Shown here: positions 49,642 through 58,039 of the stretch, piece by piece
Position numbering within the stretch: the stretch's first letter is position 1
Layout of the letters: the number at the start of each line of letters is the position of its first letter
Assembly: GCA_024304995.1 (NCBI GenBank)
Contig: JAMWZD010000001.1
Coordinates: 129,472-193,471, forward strand
DNA from: Rickettsiales bacterium
Lineage (GTDB): Bacteria; Pseudomonadota; Alphaproteobacteria; Rickettsiales; UBA998
Direction: 5' to 3'
DNA: 64,000 nucleotides
Made by a program: the position numbers and the translations under genes
Notes under the pieces: model-generated
Databases searched by the model: none
Told to the model about the DNA's origin: nothing
What the model saw: only the letters and a program-made list of their open reading frames with translations

Positions 49642-49965
49642 GTGCATGTTAACAGGTTTAATGTTATTATTAACAAGTACATTCTTATCACAGCAAATAA
49701 GCTAATGAATTTTTTTGAAAATCTTATCGTTTCACTGGTACTTAAATTTTATCATCTTTTTGATGATGAAAAATGCGTATTATATTATGATGAGAATGAT
49801 AATCTGTACCAAGTTGAATATTGTCCAAATCTTCTACACCGATATTTTGTCATAAGGCAAGATCGTATGATACGGGAGGATGGCTATTGTAAAACAAAAA
49901 AAGTAATGGATCTTTCTTATCAGGAAAGAGCGTTATTTTTAAATTCTTCAAATGATATTCAATAG
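49642..49965 (+). CDS. AT-rich orphan ORF (doubtful)
   Basis: An ORF in AT-rich DNA between lepA and cinA. No motif recognised, and the start may be the internal 'MNFFENL'. Confidence 0.3.
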   Translation: MHVNRFNVIINKYILITANKLMNFFENLIVSLVLKFYHLFDDEKCVLYYDENDNLYQVEYCPNLLHRYFVIRQDRMIREDGYCKTKKVMDLSYQERALFLNSSNDIQ

Positions 49966-49987
49966 ATAAATAACTTCAGAGCAATAA

Positions 49988-50506
49988 TTATAATTGCTCT
50001 ATTTTTTTGACTGCATTTTCAATTAATCGCACCGCCTGACGCACTGCGTGCAGCCGCACCTGATTGCGGAAACCATCAAAATGATAGGTTGTCGTCTCCA
50101 CCGCATTTCCCAATGCACAGCCAAAACACACCATGCCGACAGGTTTTTCCTTTGTTCCACCTTCTGGCCCTGCAATTCCTGTAATGGATACGCTGATGAC
50201 ATAATCAAATGCATCAAATTCCTGCAAAGCATGTGCGCCACCTACTGCCATTTCACCTGCCACTTCTTCACTCACAGCACCGTGCGCTTCCAGCGTCTGC
50301 GGGTCAACAGCTGCATAGCGTATTTTTGCCGCATTATCATATGTGATCATATTGCTATGTATCACTGCAGAAGAACCTGACACAGATGTGAGAAGCGCTG
50401 AAAGCAACCCACCCGTGCAGGATTCCACCGTGGTCACCCCAATTTTACGCGCCGCACAGATTTTGATTAGTTTTTCAATACGTTGCAGTAATAATTCTTC
50501 AAACAT
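49988..50506 (-). CDS. pncC: CinA C-terminal domain protein / nicotinamide-nucleotide amidohydrolase PncC
   Basis: 'TTVESCTGGLLSALLTSVSGSS', 'GAVSEEVAGEMAVGG', 'SITGIAGPEGG'. Confidence 0.85.
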   Translation of the reverse strand: MFEELLLQRIEKLIKICAARKIGVTTVESCTGGLLSALLTSVSGSSAVIHSNMITYDNAAKIRYAAVDPQTLEAHGAVSEEVAGEMAVGGAHALQEFDAFDYVISVSITGIAGPEGGTKEKPVGMVCFGCALGNAVETTTYHFDGFRNQVRLHAVRQAVRLIENAVKKIEQL

Positions 50507-50512
50507 AGTGCA

Positions 50513-51001
50513 TTACTCATAAAAAGGTGTGACGTAATCTGCAGGTAGTAAAGCACCAATTATTAAAAAAAACATTAATCCCATAAATGCAGCGACCATA
50601 TCATCAAACATGACACCCAGCCCACCTTTCATATTTTTATCAACCCATGAAATGGGCCACGGCTTTAATATATCAAAAAAGCGAAACAAGACAAAACCAA
50701 GAAAATAGCCATATAAATTTACAGGCATGACAGACAACAGCAACCATTGCCCTGCCACCTCATCAATCACAATTTCTTTCGGGTCATCCTGCTTGTTATT
50801 AAGCGACATATAAAGTTCAGATACCCATACCCCCAATATGAATATCAGCAGCGACATAACTGCAAGCACCATGCCGTTAAAGACATTGTGAATCATATAA
50901 GCAATGGGGATGGCAGCAAGTGAACCCATCGTGCCAGGGGCGATGGGTGAGTTTCCAGAGCCAAACCATGTGGCAATAAAACTATTCCATGATTGTTTCA
51001 T
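50513..51001 (-). CDS. pgpA: Phosphatidylglycerophosphatase A
   Basis: 'WFGSGNSPIAPGTMGSLAAIP' and 'FRFFDILKPWPI' are PgpA motifs. Confidence 0.85.
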   Translation of the reverse strand: MKQSWNSFIATWFGSGNSPIAPGTMGSLAAIPIAYMIHNVFNGMVLAVMSLLIFILGVWVSELYMSLNNKQDDPKEIVIDEVAGQWLLLSVMPVNLYGYFLGFVLFRFFDILKPWPISWVDKNMKGGLGVMFDDMVAAFMGLMFFLIIGALLPADYVTPFYE

Positions 51002-52197
51002 GGCGCTAACTTATCATTCTCAGATAATACTGTCACAGAAATAATGGCGCTGCACGCTAATCCTTCTTCTTTTCCTTCAAAGCCAAGTTTTTCGGTTGTG
51101 GTGGCTTTCACATTAACGCGCGAAGCACCACAGTTCAGAATTCTGGCAATATTATGACGCATATGATCACGCACTGATCCAATTTTAGGGCGCTCGCCAA
51201 TAATGGTCACGTCGCAATTATTTACCGCTCCGCTCACCTCATGCAACAATTTCAGCGCATGTGCTACAAATAATTCAGAATCCATATTTTTAAATGCATC
51301 ATTGCTTGGCGGAAAATACTGCCCAATGTCCCCCTGCCCTATGGCGCCCAGCAACGCATCCGTAATCGCATGAAGCACCACATCCGCATCTGAATGTCCT
51401 TTCAGGCGGCGCGTATGCGGCACATCCACCCCGCCTAATTTCATCGTTTGAGCCTCGCCTGTGGCAAAGTCAGTAAACTGATGCACATCATAGCCTTGAC
51501 CAATGCGCAGTTCTGTTTGCATCATGGCTTGCGCACGTTGCATATCCTTCTGCGTGGTAATTTTAAACATCTGCTCATCTCCCAAAGCGGTGCAGACGCG
51601 AAAGCCTGCCGCGCGCATGATGCCCGCATCATCAGTAAAGTTACCTGCCATCTGCTCATGCGCACTCAGTAATGCATCATAATGAAAGGCTTGCGGCGTT
51701 TGCGCGGCGAAAAGCGCATCACGGTTTAAGGTGTCTGTGATAATGTCGCCATCCACTTGCTGAATCGTGTTCGTCACTGGCAAAGATGCAATCGCTCCGT
51801 CATAGTTGCTCAGCGCCTCCAGCAATCGCTCACATGCAGCATGGCTCACAAATGGACGCGCTGCATCATGCACCAAAACCACTTCAGGCGCAGTGTCCTG
51901 CAAGGCTTCCAACCCATTTTTGACGGATGCTTGCCGCGTCTGCCCACCTTCAACAACCTGCACAGTGTTCAGCCATTGTGCGCCGACATATTCCGCAACA
52001 TCAGGGCGCGTGACCAGCAAAATGGTTGCTTCAGGAAAATAACGCTGAAAACGCTGCACTGAATGCACAAAAACAGGTTTCCCGTGCAGCATCTCAAACT
52101 GCTTTGGTACACTCCCACCATAGCGCGCTCCGCTGCCCGCGGCGACAATGATAATAGCAATATTCTTAAATGTTTTCACCCGTTCACACATAGTCAA
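50998..52197 (-). CDS. ispDF: Bifunctional IspD/IspF (MEP cytidylyltransferase / MEcPP synthase)
   Basis: The N-terminal half has 'IIVAAGSGARYGG..PKQF'. The C-terminal half has 'RIGQGYDVHQF' and 'GHSDADVVLHAITDALLGA'. Confidence 0.9.
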   Translation of the reverse strand: MTMCERVKTFKNIAIIIVAAGSGARYGGSVPKQFEMLHGKPVFVHSVQRFQRYFPEATILLVTRPDVAEYVGAQWLNTVQVVEGGQTRQASVKNGLEALQDTAPEVVLVHDAARPFVSHAACERLLEALSNYDGAIASLPVTNTIQQVDGDIITDTLNRDALFAAQTPQAFHYDALLSAHEQMAGNFTDDAGIMRAAGFRVCTALGDEQMFKITTQKDMQRAQAMMQTELRIGQGYDVHQFTDFATGEAQTMKLGGVDVPHTRRLKGHSDADVVLHAITDALLGAIGQGDIGQYFPPSNDAFKNMDSELFVAHALKLLHEVSGAVNNCDVTIIGERPKIGSVRDHMRHNIARILNCGASRVNVKATTTEKLGFEGKEEGLACSAIISVTVLSENDKLAP

Positions 52198-52228
52198 TCA
52201 GCATTTGGAAATAAAGCATTAATATGCT

Positions 52229-53266
52229 ATGATGCGCGGCATGACTCACACTCCACGCCTAAAACCTATTCAGCTTGATAATATCGTAATAGAAAATCCC
52301 GTCATTTTAGCTCCGATGACAGGTGTCTCTGATTTGCCATTTCGAAAACTAGTCACGCAATGCGGCGTGGGCATGGTGGTGTCTGAAATGATTGCGTCTA
52401 AAGGCATGATTTTGCAAACCAAAAATTCCCTGCGCATGGCGAAGCGTGATGCGTGTGAATATCCCTACGCTGTGCAGCTTGCAGGCTGTGAACCAGAGGT
52501 AATGGGCGAAGCTGCTAAACTGAATGAAGATCTGGGCGCAGATATTATTGATATTAATTTCGGTTGCCCCGTGAAAAAAGTGGTGGGCGGCAATGCTGGC
52601 TCTGCTTTAATGCGTGATGAAGTGCTGGCAGGAAAAATTCTGGAAGCAACAGCGCGCGCCGTCAACATTCCCGTCACGCTAAAAATGCGCATGGGATGGG
52701 ATCATGATTCGTTGAACGCCCCTACACTCGCCCGCATCGCTCAGGAATCTGGCATCAAAATGCTCACCGTGCATGGGCGCACGCGGTGTCAGATGTATAA
52801 AGGCAGCGCCGATTGGGAATTTATTGGCACAGTAAAAGACGCAACTAATTTGCCGCTTATTGTGAATGGAGACATCAAAACGATTGAAGATGCCGAAACC
52901 GCATTGAAACAGTCAAATGCAGACGGCGTCATGATTGGGCGTGGAGCATATGGCAAACCGTGGCTTCTTAACCAGATGATCGCACATTTCCAGCGCGATG
53001 AAAGCATTGACGCACCTAGTTTGCAAGACCAACACCAGATCATTCTGCGCCACATGCATGATATGTTCAGCACCTACGGCGAAGAACCCGCTGTACGCAT
53101 CGCCCGAAAACATATTGGTTGGTATTCCAACGGCTTGCGCAGCTCCGCCGAATTCCGCCGAAATTACAACGCCATTACAGACCCGCAAAAAGCACTGGAT
53201 GCGATTAACGCCTACTATCTGGAACAGATGGAAGATATGGAGATGCGCGGATCGATGGCGGCTTAA
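52229..53266 (+). CDS. dusB: tRNA-dihydrouridine synthase B
   Basis: 'ILAPMTGVSDLPFRKL', 'DINFGCPVKKV', 'LTVHGRTR', 'GDIKT...GVMIGRGAYGKPW'. Confidence 0.9.
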   Translation: MMRGMTHTPRLKPIQLDNIVIENPVILAPMTGVSDLPFRKLVTQCGVGMVVSEMIASKGMILQTKNSLRMAKRDACEYPYAVQLAGCEPEVMGEAAKLNEDLGADIIDINFGCPVKKVVGGNAGSALMRDEVLAGKILEATARAVNIPVTLKMRMGWDHDSLNAPTLARIAQESGIKMLTVHGRTRCQMYKGSADWEFIGTVKDATNLPLIVNGDIKTIEDAETALKQSNADGVMIGRGAYGKPWLLNQMIAHFQRDESIDAPSLQDQHQIILRHMHDMFSTYGEEPAVRIARKHIGWYSNGLRSSAEFRRNYNAITDPQKALDAINAYYLEQMEDMEMRGSMAA

Positions 53267-53279
53267 AATCTAAGGAAGA

Positions 53280-53353
53280 TGGAGCGGGTGATGGGAATCG
53301 AACCCACACTACTAGCTTGGAAGGCTAGGGCTCTACCGTTGAGCTACACCCGC
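53280..53353 (-). tRNA. tRNA-Gly (anticodon UCC)
   Basis: The reverse complement folds as acceptor gcgggtg/cacccgc, D stem gctc/gagc, anticodon stem ctagc/gctag with loop cuUCCaa, T arm gtggg-ttcgatt-cccat, encoded CCA. Confidence 0.85.
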
Positions 53354-53478
53354 ATTTCTTCAATGTTTAGCGTAGATGAAAAATGAAGTATAGTATTTTT
53401 TATCATTATTCAAAAAATATCTTAAAACTAAGCGCTCTTCAAAAATATTTTTATATATATCAAATAAAAAGAGAAAAT

Positions 53479-53523
53479 TGGTTGCGGGGAGAGGATTTGA
53501 ACCTCTGACCTTCAGGTTATGAG
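53479..53523 (-). other. 3' portion (anticodon loop to CCA) of an initiator-type tRNA-Met; putative att core of the adjacent island
   Basis: The reverse complement 'ctcataa-cctga-aggtc-agaggttcaaatcctct-ccccgca-acca' matches the tRNA-fMet 3' half, including the 'CCCCGCAACCA' end. The preceding 26 nt cannot form a D arm or the 5' anticodon stem. Confidence 0.55.
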
Positions 53524-53715
53524 TGGTGCTTGGGACGTTTCTCCCCGCTTACTTTGTTTTCTTTACGTTTCTATAAAGCATTGTTTTTACTGGATAAATA
53601 GCAGTTATCATGCGCTTAGTGTTTCTACCGGCTGCGCCGTGATTTTCTGCCTCTTGCTTCCATAGTGCTTCCACGGAAGCAGGCAACCGCAGCCCATAAT
53701 TGAAACGAAAAGAGG

Positions 53716-54891
53716 TTGCCAATGCCAAAACTGACCAAGCGGTTTATAGATGCCGCAGAAATACAATCCAAAGACTATTTCATCTTTGATTCCGAACTGC
53801 CCTGCTTTGGAGTGCGGGTCATGCCATCGGGCCGTAAGTCCTACGTGATTCAATATCGTGCCGAGCGAAAAAAGATTCGACGCAAGAGCCTTGGTATGCA
53901 TGGAGTGGTTCCGCTCGAGGAAGCTCGTAAGAAAGCCTTCAAAATTCTGGCGGCGGTGCAATCGGGCGATGATCCCGTCGGAGAGGAACGTGCCAAGCAA
54001 TATGCGCTGACCGTCAACGACCTTGCGGAGCGATTCATAGAGGAGCATGTGGAGGTGCATTTGAAACCGCGCACTGCTGATGGCTACAAACGCAACCTTA
54101 AAAAATTCATCCTGCCGCAAATTGGCCATCTGAAGATTACGGATGTGACGCGAGCCGATATCTCGGCATTTCACCATACGCGCCGTAAATCGCCTTACGA
54201 GGCGAACCGGTGTTTGGAGATCATATCCAAAATGTTCAATCTGGCTGAGATGTGGGGGCTGCGTCCGGATGGCACCAATCCTCGTCGCCATATCAAGAAA
54301 TACCCTGAAAAGAAGCGCGAACGGTTTTTGACCCCGAACGAAACCAAGCGCTTGGGTGCCACGCTTAAACAGATGCATGCAGAAGGCGTGGAATCGCACT
54401 CCGCAGTCAACTGCATCAAACTGCTGTTGCTGACCGGGTGTCGCCTGAGCGAAATACAAACCCTGCAATGGAAATTCATCGACTGGGCTGACTCTACGAT
54501 CAAATTGCCTGATTCTAAAACAGGCGCAAGGATCATTTATGCCGGTGACCATGTGATGGAGGTGCTGCAAGCTATCAAGGCACACCCTGACACACCTGCC
54601 GACAGTCCTTATGTGATTTACGGAACGCTTGAGGGGGCATACCTCACTGATATGCAAAAGCCATGGCGGCGCATCCGCAAGCGTGCCGGTCTGGAAGATG
54701 TGCGCATCCATGACCTGCGTCATAGTTTTGCCTCCTATGCCGTTAGCCAAGGTATGAGTCTGCCTATGATAGGAAAGCTGCTCGGCCATACGCAGGTGCA
54801 AACCACAGCACGCTATGCCCACCTTATGTCCGACCCGATCAAACAAGCCGCCGGTCAGGTGTCTGGTAATATTGCTGGCTTGGTCGCTTAA
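53716..54891 (+). CDS. Tyrosine integrase (P4-like, with DUF4102-type arm-binding N-terminus)
   Basis: N-terminus 'LTKRFIDAAEIQSKDYFIFDSELPCFGVRVMPSGRKSYVIQYR'. Catalytic residues lie in 'LLLLTGCRLSEI', 'RIHDLRHSFAS' and 'LGHTQVQTTARYAH'. Confidence 0.9.
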   Translation: MPMPKLTKRFIDAAEIQSKDYFIFDSELPCFGVRVMPSGRKSYVIQYRAERKKIRRKSLGMHGVVPLEEARKKAFKILAAVQSGDDPVGEERAKQYALTVNDLAERFIEEHVEVHLKPRTADGYKRNLKKFILPQIGHLKITDVTRADISAFHHTRRKSPYEANRCLEIISKMFNLAEMWGLRPDGTNPRRHIKKYPEKKRERFLTPNETKRLGATLKQMHAEGVESHSAVNCIKLLLLTGCRLSEIQTLQWKFIDWADSTIKLPDSKTGARIIYAGDHVMEVLQAIKAHPDTPADSPYVIYGTLEGAYLTDMQKPWRRIRKRAGLEDVRIHDLRHSFASYAVSQGMSLPMIGKLLGHTQVQTTARYAHLMSDPIKQAAGQVSGNIAGLVA

Positions 54892-54892
54892 C

Positions 54893-55483
54893 TCACACCA
54901 CCGTGTAAAACCCGTTCTTCCGCGCCCCGTTATAGCAGATGGCGTTATACTCAAGCATGCTGGCGATGTCGCGTTTGGCGGTCTTATGGCTCACCCACCA
55001 CTGCGTGGCAATATCATCGGCTTTTAGTTTCTTTCCTCTCTGCAATTCACCGATGAACCATAGCTGACGATGGTTCAATTTGATAGCCACGTCCAGATTG
55101 ACCATCACATTTATAGGGACATATTTGTCCCTATAAATTGGGTTTTCCGGTCTGCTAACCGCCGTTTTAGGGTGCATTTTTTCGGGTATGTTTTCGGCTA
55201 AACAAACCTCCCACACATCCGCACGACCGATCATCTCCAGCAGCCCTTTAAGCACCTGCGGATATACCCCTGCCAGCATGATTAAATGCGCGGATTTCGG
55301 TGCATTGATTGCCTGACACCACTTATTGATTGTGTGCAAACTGGCACCTGTAATGCGCCCAATTTCCTTCACTACGGAAGTGTCATCCTGATGCTCGTGA
55401 CGCAGGGCGTTGGCCACCATGGTTGCCACTGATTGGTCATCAATAGACGATAGTAAAACTTGGCTAAAATTCTGAAAAGACAT
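54893..55483 (-). CDS. Putative DNA-binding protein with two HTH-like segments
   Basis: N-terminal 'VVKEIGRITGASLHTINKWCQ' and C-terminal 'ADDIATQWWVSHKTAKRDIASM' look like HTH / winged-helix units. It is divergent from the recombinase operon. Confidence 0.5.
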   Translation of the reverse strand: MSFQNFSQVLLSSIDDQSVATMVANALRHEHQDDTSVVKEIGRITGASLHTINKWCQAINAPKSAHLIMLAGVYPQVLKGLLEMIGRADVWEVCLAENIPEKMHPKTAVSRPENPIYRDKYVPINVMVNLDVAIKLNHRQLWFIGELQRGKKLKADDIATQWWVSHKTAKRDIASMLEYNAICYNGARKNGFYTVV

Positions 55484-55631
55484 GTAATCGCTCCTTTTGT
55501 TAAAATGATGGAAAGGAGCATTTTCGCTGGCGTTTCAGTGAATGCCGAAGAATTGCATATAAAACAGGATCATTCAGTTGAGAGATTTATTTGGCTTGGC
55601 AAACGGAGATACGAAAACACCGTCGATCAAC

Positions 55632-57146
55632 ATGGCGGCGATGTATGTGCGCATGTCCACTGACCACCAGAAATACTCAACGGAAAATCAGGCCGAAGCG
55701 ATCAAGGAATATGCCAAGCGCAAAAAGCTAGAGATCGTAAAGACCTACGCTGATGAAGGCAAAAGCGGATTGAATCTGGCGGGGCGTGATGCACTCAAAA
55801 GCCTGATTGATGATGTGCAGAATAATTGTGCCGAGTTCAAAGTGATTTTAGTGCTGGATGTCACACGCTGGGGACGGTTTCAGGATGCGGATGAAAGTGC
55901 TTATTATGAGTATATCTGCCGCCGCGCCGGTATTGATGTGCAGTATGTGGCCGAGCAGTTTGAGAATGACGGTAGTCCCGTATCCAACATTGTAAAGAGC
56001 GTGAAACGCTCCATGGCGGGCGAATATAGCCGTGAACTATCCAACAAGGTGTTTGCTGGCCAATGCCGTCTGATTGAGAAAGGCTTCCGGCAAGGTGGTC
56101 CCGCTGGCTTCGGCCTGCGCCGCTTGCTGATTGATGAGCATGGCAATCCCAAAGCAGAGCTAAAACAGGGCGAGCATAAAAGCCTGCAAACGGATCGGGT
56201 AATCTTAATCCCCGGTCCCGATGAAGAAATCAATATCGTGCGCTGGATATACCATGCCTTCATTCATGACGGCATGAAGGAAACCGAGATCGCTCATTCC
56301 CTGAATCAGCGCGGCATTCTCACGGATTTGGACAGGCCATGGACACGCGGCACAGTGCATCAGGTGCTCACCAATGAGAAATATATCGGCAACAACGTCT
56401 TTAATCGTACATCGCATAAGTTGAAAAAGCGCCGTGTGGAAAACTCGCCAGATATGTGGGTGCGTGCTGATGGCGTGTTCGATGCGATTGTCAATCCTAG
56501 CGATTTTTATACAGTGCAAGGCATCTTGCGCGAGCGCAGCCGCAGGTTCTCTGATGACGAGATGTTGGAGAAACTCCGCTATTTGCATGAGCGCCAAGGT
56601 TGGCTCTCTGGCATTATCATTGACGAGCAAGAAGATATGCCATCCAGCAGCGCATACCAGCATCGTTTCGGAAGTTTGCTCAGAGCCTACAAGCTGATCG
56701 GCTACACCCCTGATCGGGACTATCGTTACATCGAGATCAACCGCCGCCTACGCATGCTGTACGCAGAAACGGTCGAGGACACGATTCGCAAGATACGCGA
56801 TCTGGGCGCATCCATCCACCGGGAGTTAGGTTCAGATTTGCTTTATCTCAATAATGAGCTGACCGTTTCCATCATCATTTGTCGCTGCATGCAGACACCG
56901 ACAGGAGCCTATCGCTGGAAGATACGGTTAGATAGCGGGCTGGAGCCAGACATCACGGTGGCCATACGCATGGATGCCTATAACGAAAATCCGCTGGATT
57001 ATTACCTATTGCCATCATTGGACATTGAGAACCCGAAGATTAGGCTGTCAGAAAATAACGGTTTGGCGCTTGATGCTTATCGTTTTGATGATCTCGAATA
57101 CTTCCTGATGCTGGCTGAACGCACACCAATCAGGGAGGCCGCATGA
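55632..57146 (+). CDS. Large serine recombinase
   Basis: The likely start 'MAAMYVRMSTDHQKYSTENQ' carries the resolvase catalytic Ser motif. It has 'VLVLDVTRWGR' and a downstream recombinase domain ('SVKRSMAGEYSRELSNKV'), about 505 aa in total. Confidence 0.85.
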   Translation: MAAMYVRMSTDHQKYSTENQAEAIKEYAKRKKLEIVKTYADEGKSGLNLAGRDALKSLIDDVQNNCAEFKVILVLDVTRWGRFQDADESAYYEYICRRAGIDVQYVAEQFENDGSPVSNIVKSVKRSMAGEYSRELSNKVFAGQCRLIEKGFRQGGPAGFGLRRLLIDEHGNPKAELKQGEHKSLQTDRVILIPGPDEEINIVRWIYHAFIHDGMKETEIAHSLNQRGILTDLDRPWTRGTVHQVLTNEKYIGNNVFNRTSHKLKKRRVENSPDMWVRADGVFDAIVNPSDFYTVQGILRERSRRFSDDEMLEKLRYLHERQGWLSGIIIDEQEDMPSSSAYQHRFGSLLRAYKLIGYTPDRDYRYIEINRRLRMLYAETVEDTIRKIRDLGASIHRELGSDLLYLNNELTVSIIICRCMQTPTGAYRWKIRLDSGLEPDITVAIRMDAYNENPLDYYLLPSLDIENPKIRLSENNGLALDAYRFDDLEYFLMLAERTPIREAA

Positions 57147-58039
57147 AACAAAAAGACCGCAAAGCCAAAATCAAGATGATCCCCATTGAGCGGATCAACG
57201 TGTTGAATCCGCGTGTGCGGAGTCAGAAAATCTTTGTCGATATGGCAGAGAATATCACCAAGGTGGGATTGAAACGCCCAATCACTGTAACGCCCACCGG
57301 CTCCGCAGGTGAAGGTAAGGAATATGATCTGGTATGTGGCCAAGGTCGTATCGAGGCATTTCAGGCGTGCGGGCAAACGCACATCCCGGCAATCGTGATT
57401 GATGCTTCAGAGGAAGAAGCGCTGATCATGAGCTTAGTGGAGAATCTGGCTCGCAGGCAGCATCGCTCGCTTGATCTGCTTCATGGCATCGAGGTGTTAC
57501 AGCAAAAAGGCTATGACGCAAGAACCATCGCCAAGAAAACTGGACTCACTGAAAACTATGCCAAAGCGGTGCTGGATTTATTGGAGCTGGGAGAGGAACG
57601 GCTTTTGTCTGCGGTGGAAGCTGGCCACATGCCTGTGAGCGTGGCTCTCACCATTGCCAATTCGCCCAATGACGAGCAAAAAGCGTTACAGGAAGCCTAT
57701 GAGAATAATGAGCTGCGTGGTGGCAAACTGAAAATGGCTAAACGCCTACTGGAAACCCGCAAGCAACGTGGCAAAGGGATTCGCCATCAATCCGGCAAAG
57801 GTGGCCGAAGCCGCAAGGCTGGTGCCATCTCCTCTCAGGATGTCTTGAAAATCTATCAGAAGGAAGTGGATCGTAAGCGATTGCTCACGCGCAAAGCGGA
57901 TGCCGTCAGCAGCCGGATGCTGTTCATCACCGAGGCGTTGCGTCGCCTTTACAGGGAAGATCATTTCACCACGCTGCTGAAAGCCGAAGGGCTGACTACC
58001 ATGCCGAAGCAACTCTCCGCATTATTGGAGGCCAAATGA
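57143..58039 (+). CDS. ParB/RepB-family N-terminal-domain protein with HTH
   Basis: ParB-N-like 'IPIERINVLNPRVR...GLKRPITV...LVCGQGRIEAFQ...ALIMSLVENLARR', then HTH 'YDARTIAKKTGLTENYAKAV'. The ATGA start overlaps the recombinase stop. Confidence 0.7.
   Translation: MKQKDRKAKIKMIPIERINVLNPRVRSQKIFVDMAENITKVGLKRPITVTPTGSAGEGKEYDLVCGQGRIEAFQACGQTHIPAIVIDASEEEALIMSLVENLARRQHRSLDLLHGIEVLQQKGYDARTIAKKTGLTENYAKAVLDLLELGEERLLSAVEAGHMPVSVALTIANSPNDEQKALQEAYENNELRGGKLKMAKRLLETRKQRGKGIRHQSGKGGRSRKAGAISSQDVLKIYQKEVDRKRLLTRKADAVSSRMLFITEALRRLYREDHFTTLLKAEGLTTMPKQLSALLEAK

Noticed and set aside
53479-53549. A complete, functional tRNA-Met gene
   Set aside because: Only the 3' 45 nt fold correctly. The 5' 26 nt are about 5 nt too short and cannot pair as a D stem or as the 5' strand of the anticodon stem. 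It is therefore reported as a fragment or att core.
53608-54954. 448-aa ORF on the minus strand, the longest ORF in this region
   Set aside because: It is entirely antisense to the well-supported integrase gene (53716..54891). Its product is rich in Arg/His/Cys/Gly with no motif, the usual appearance of a shadow ORF opposite a GC-richer gene.
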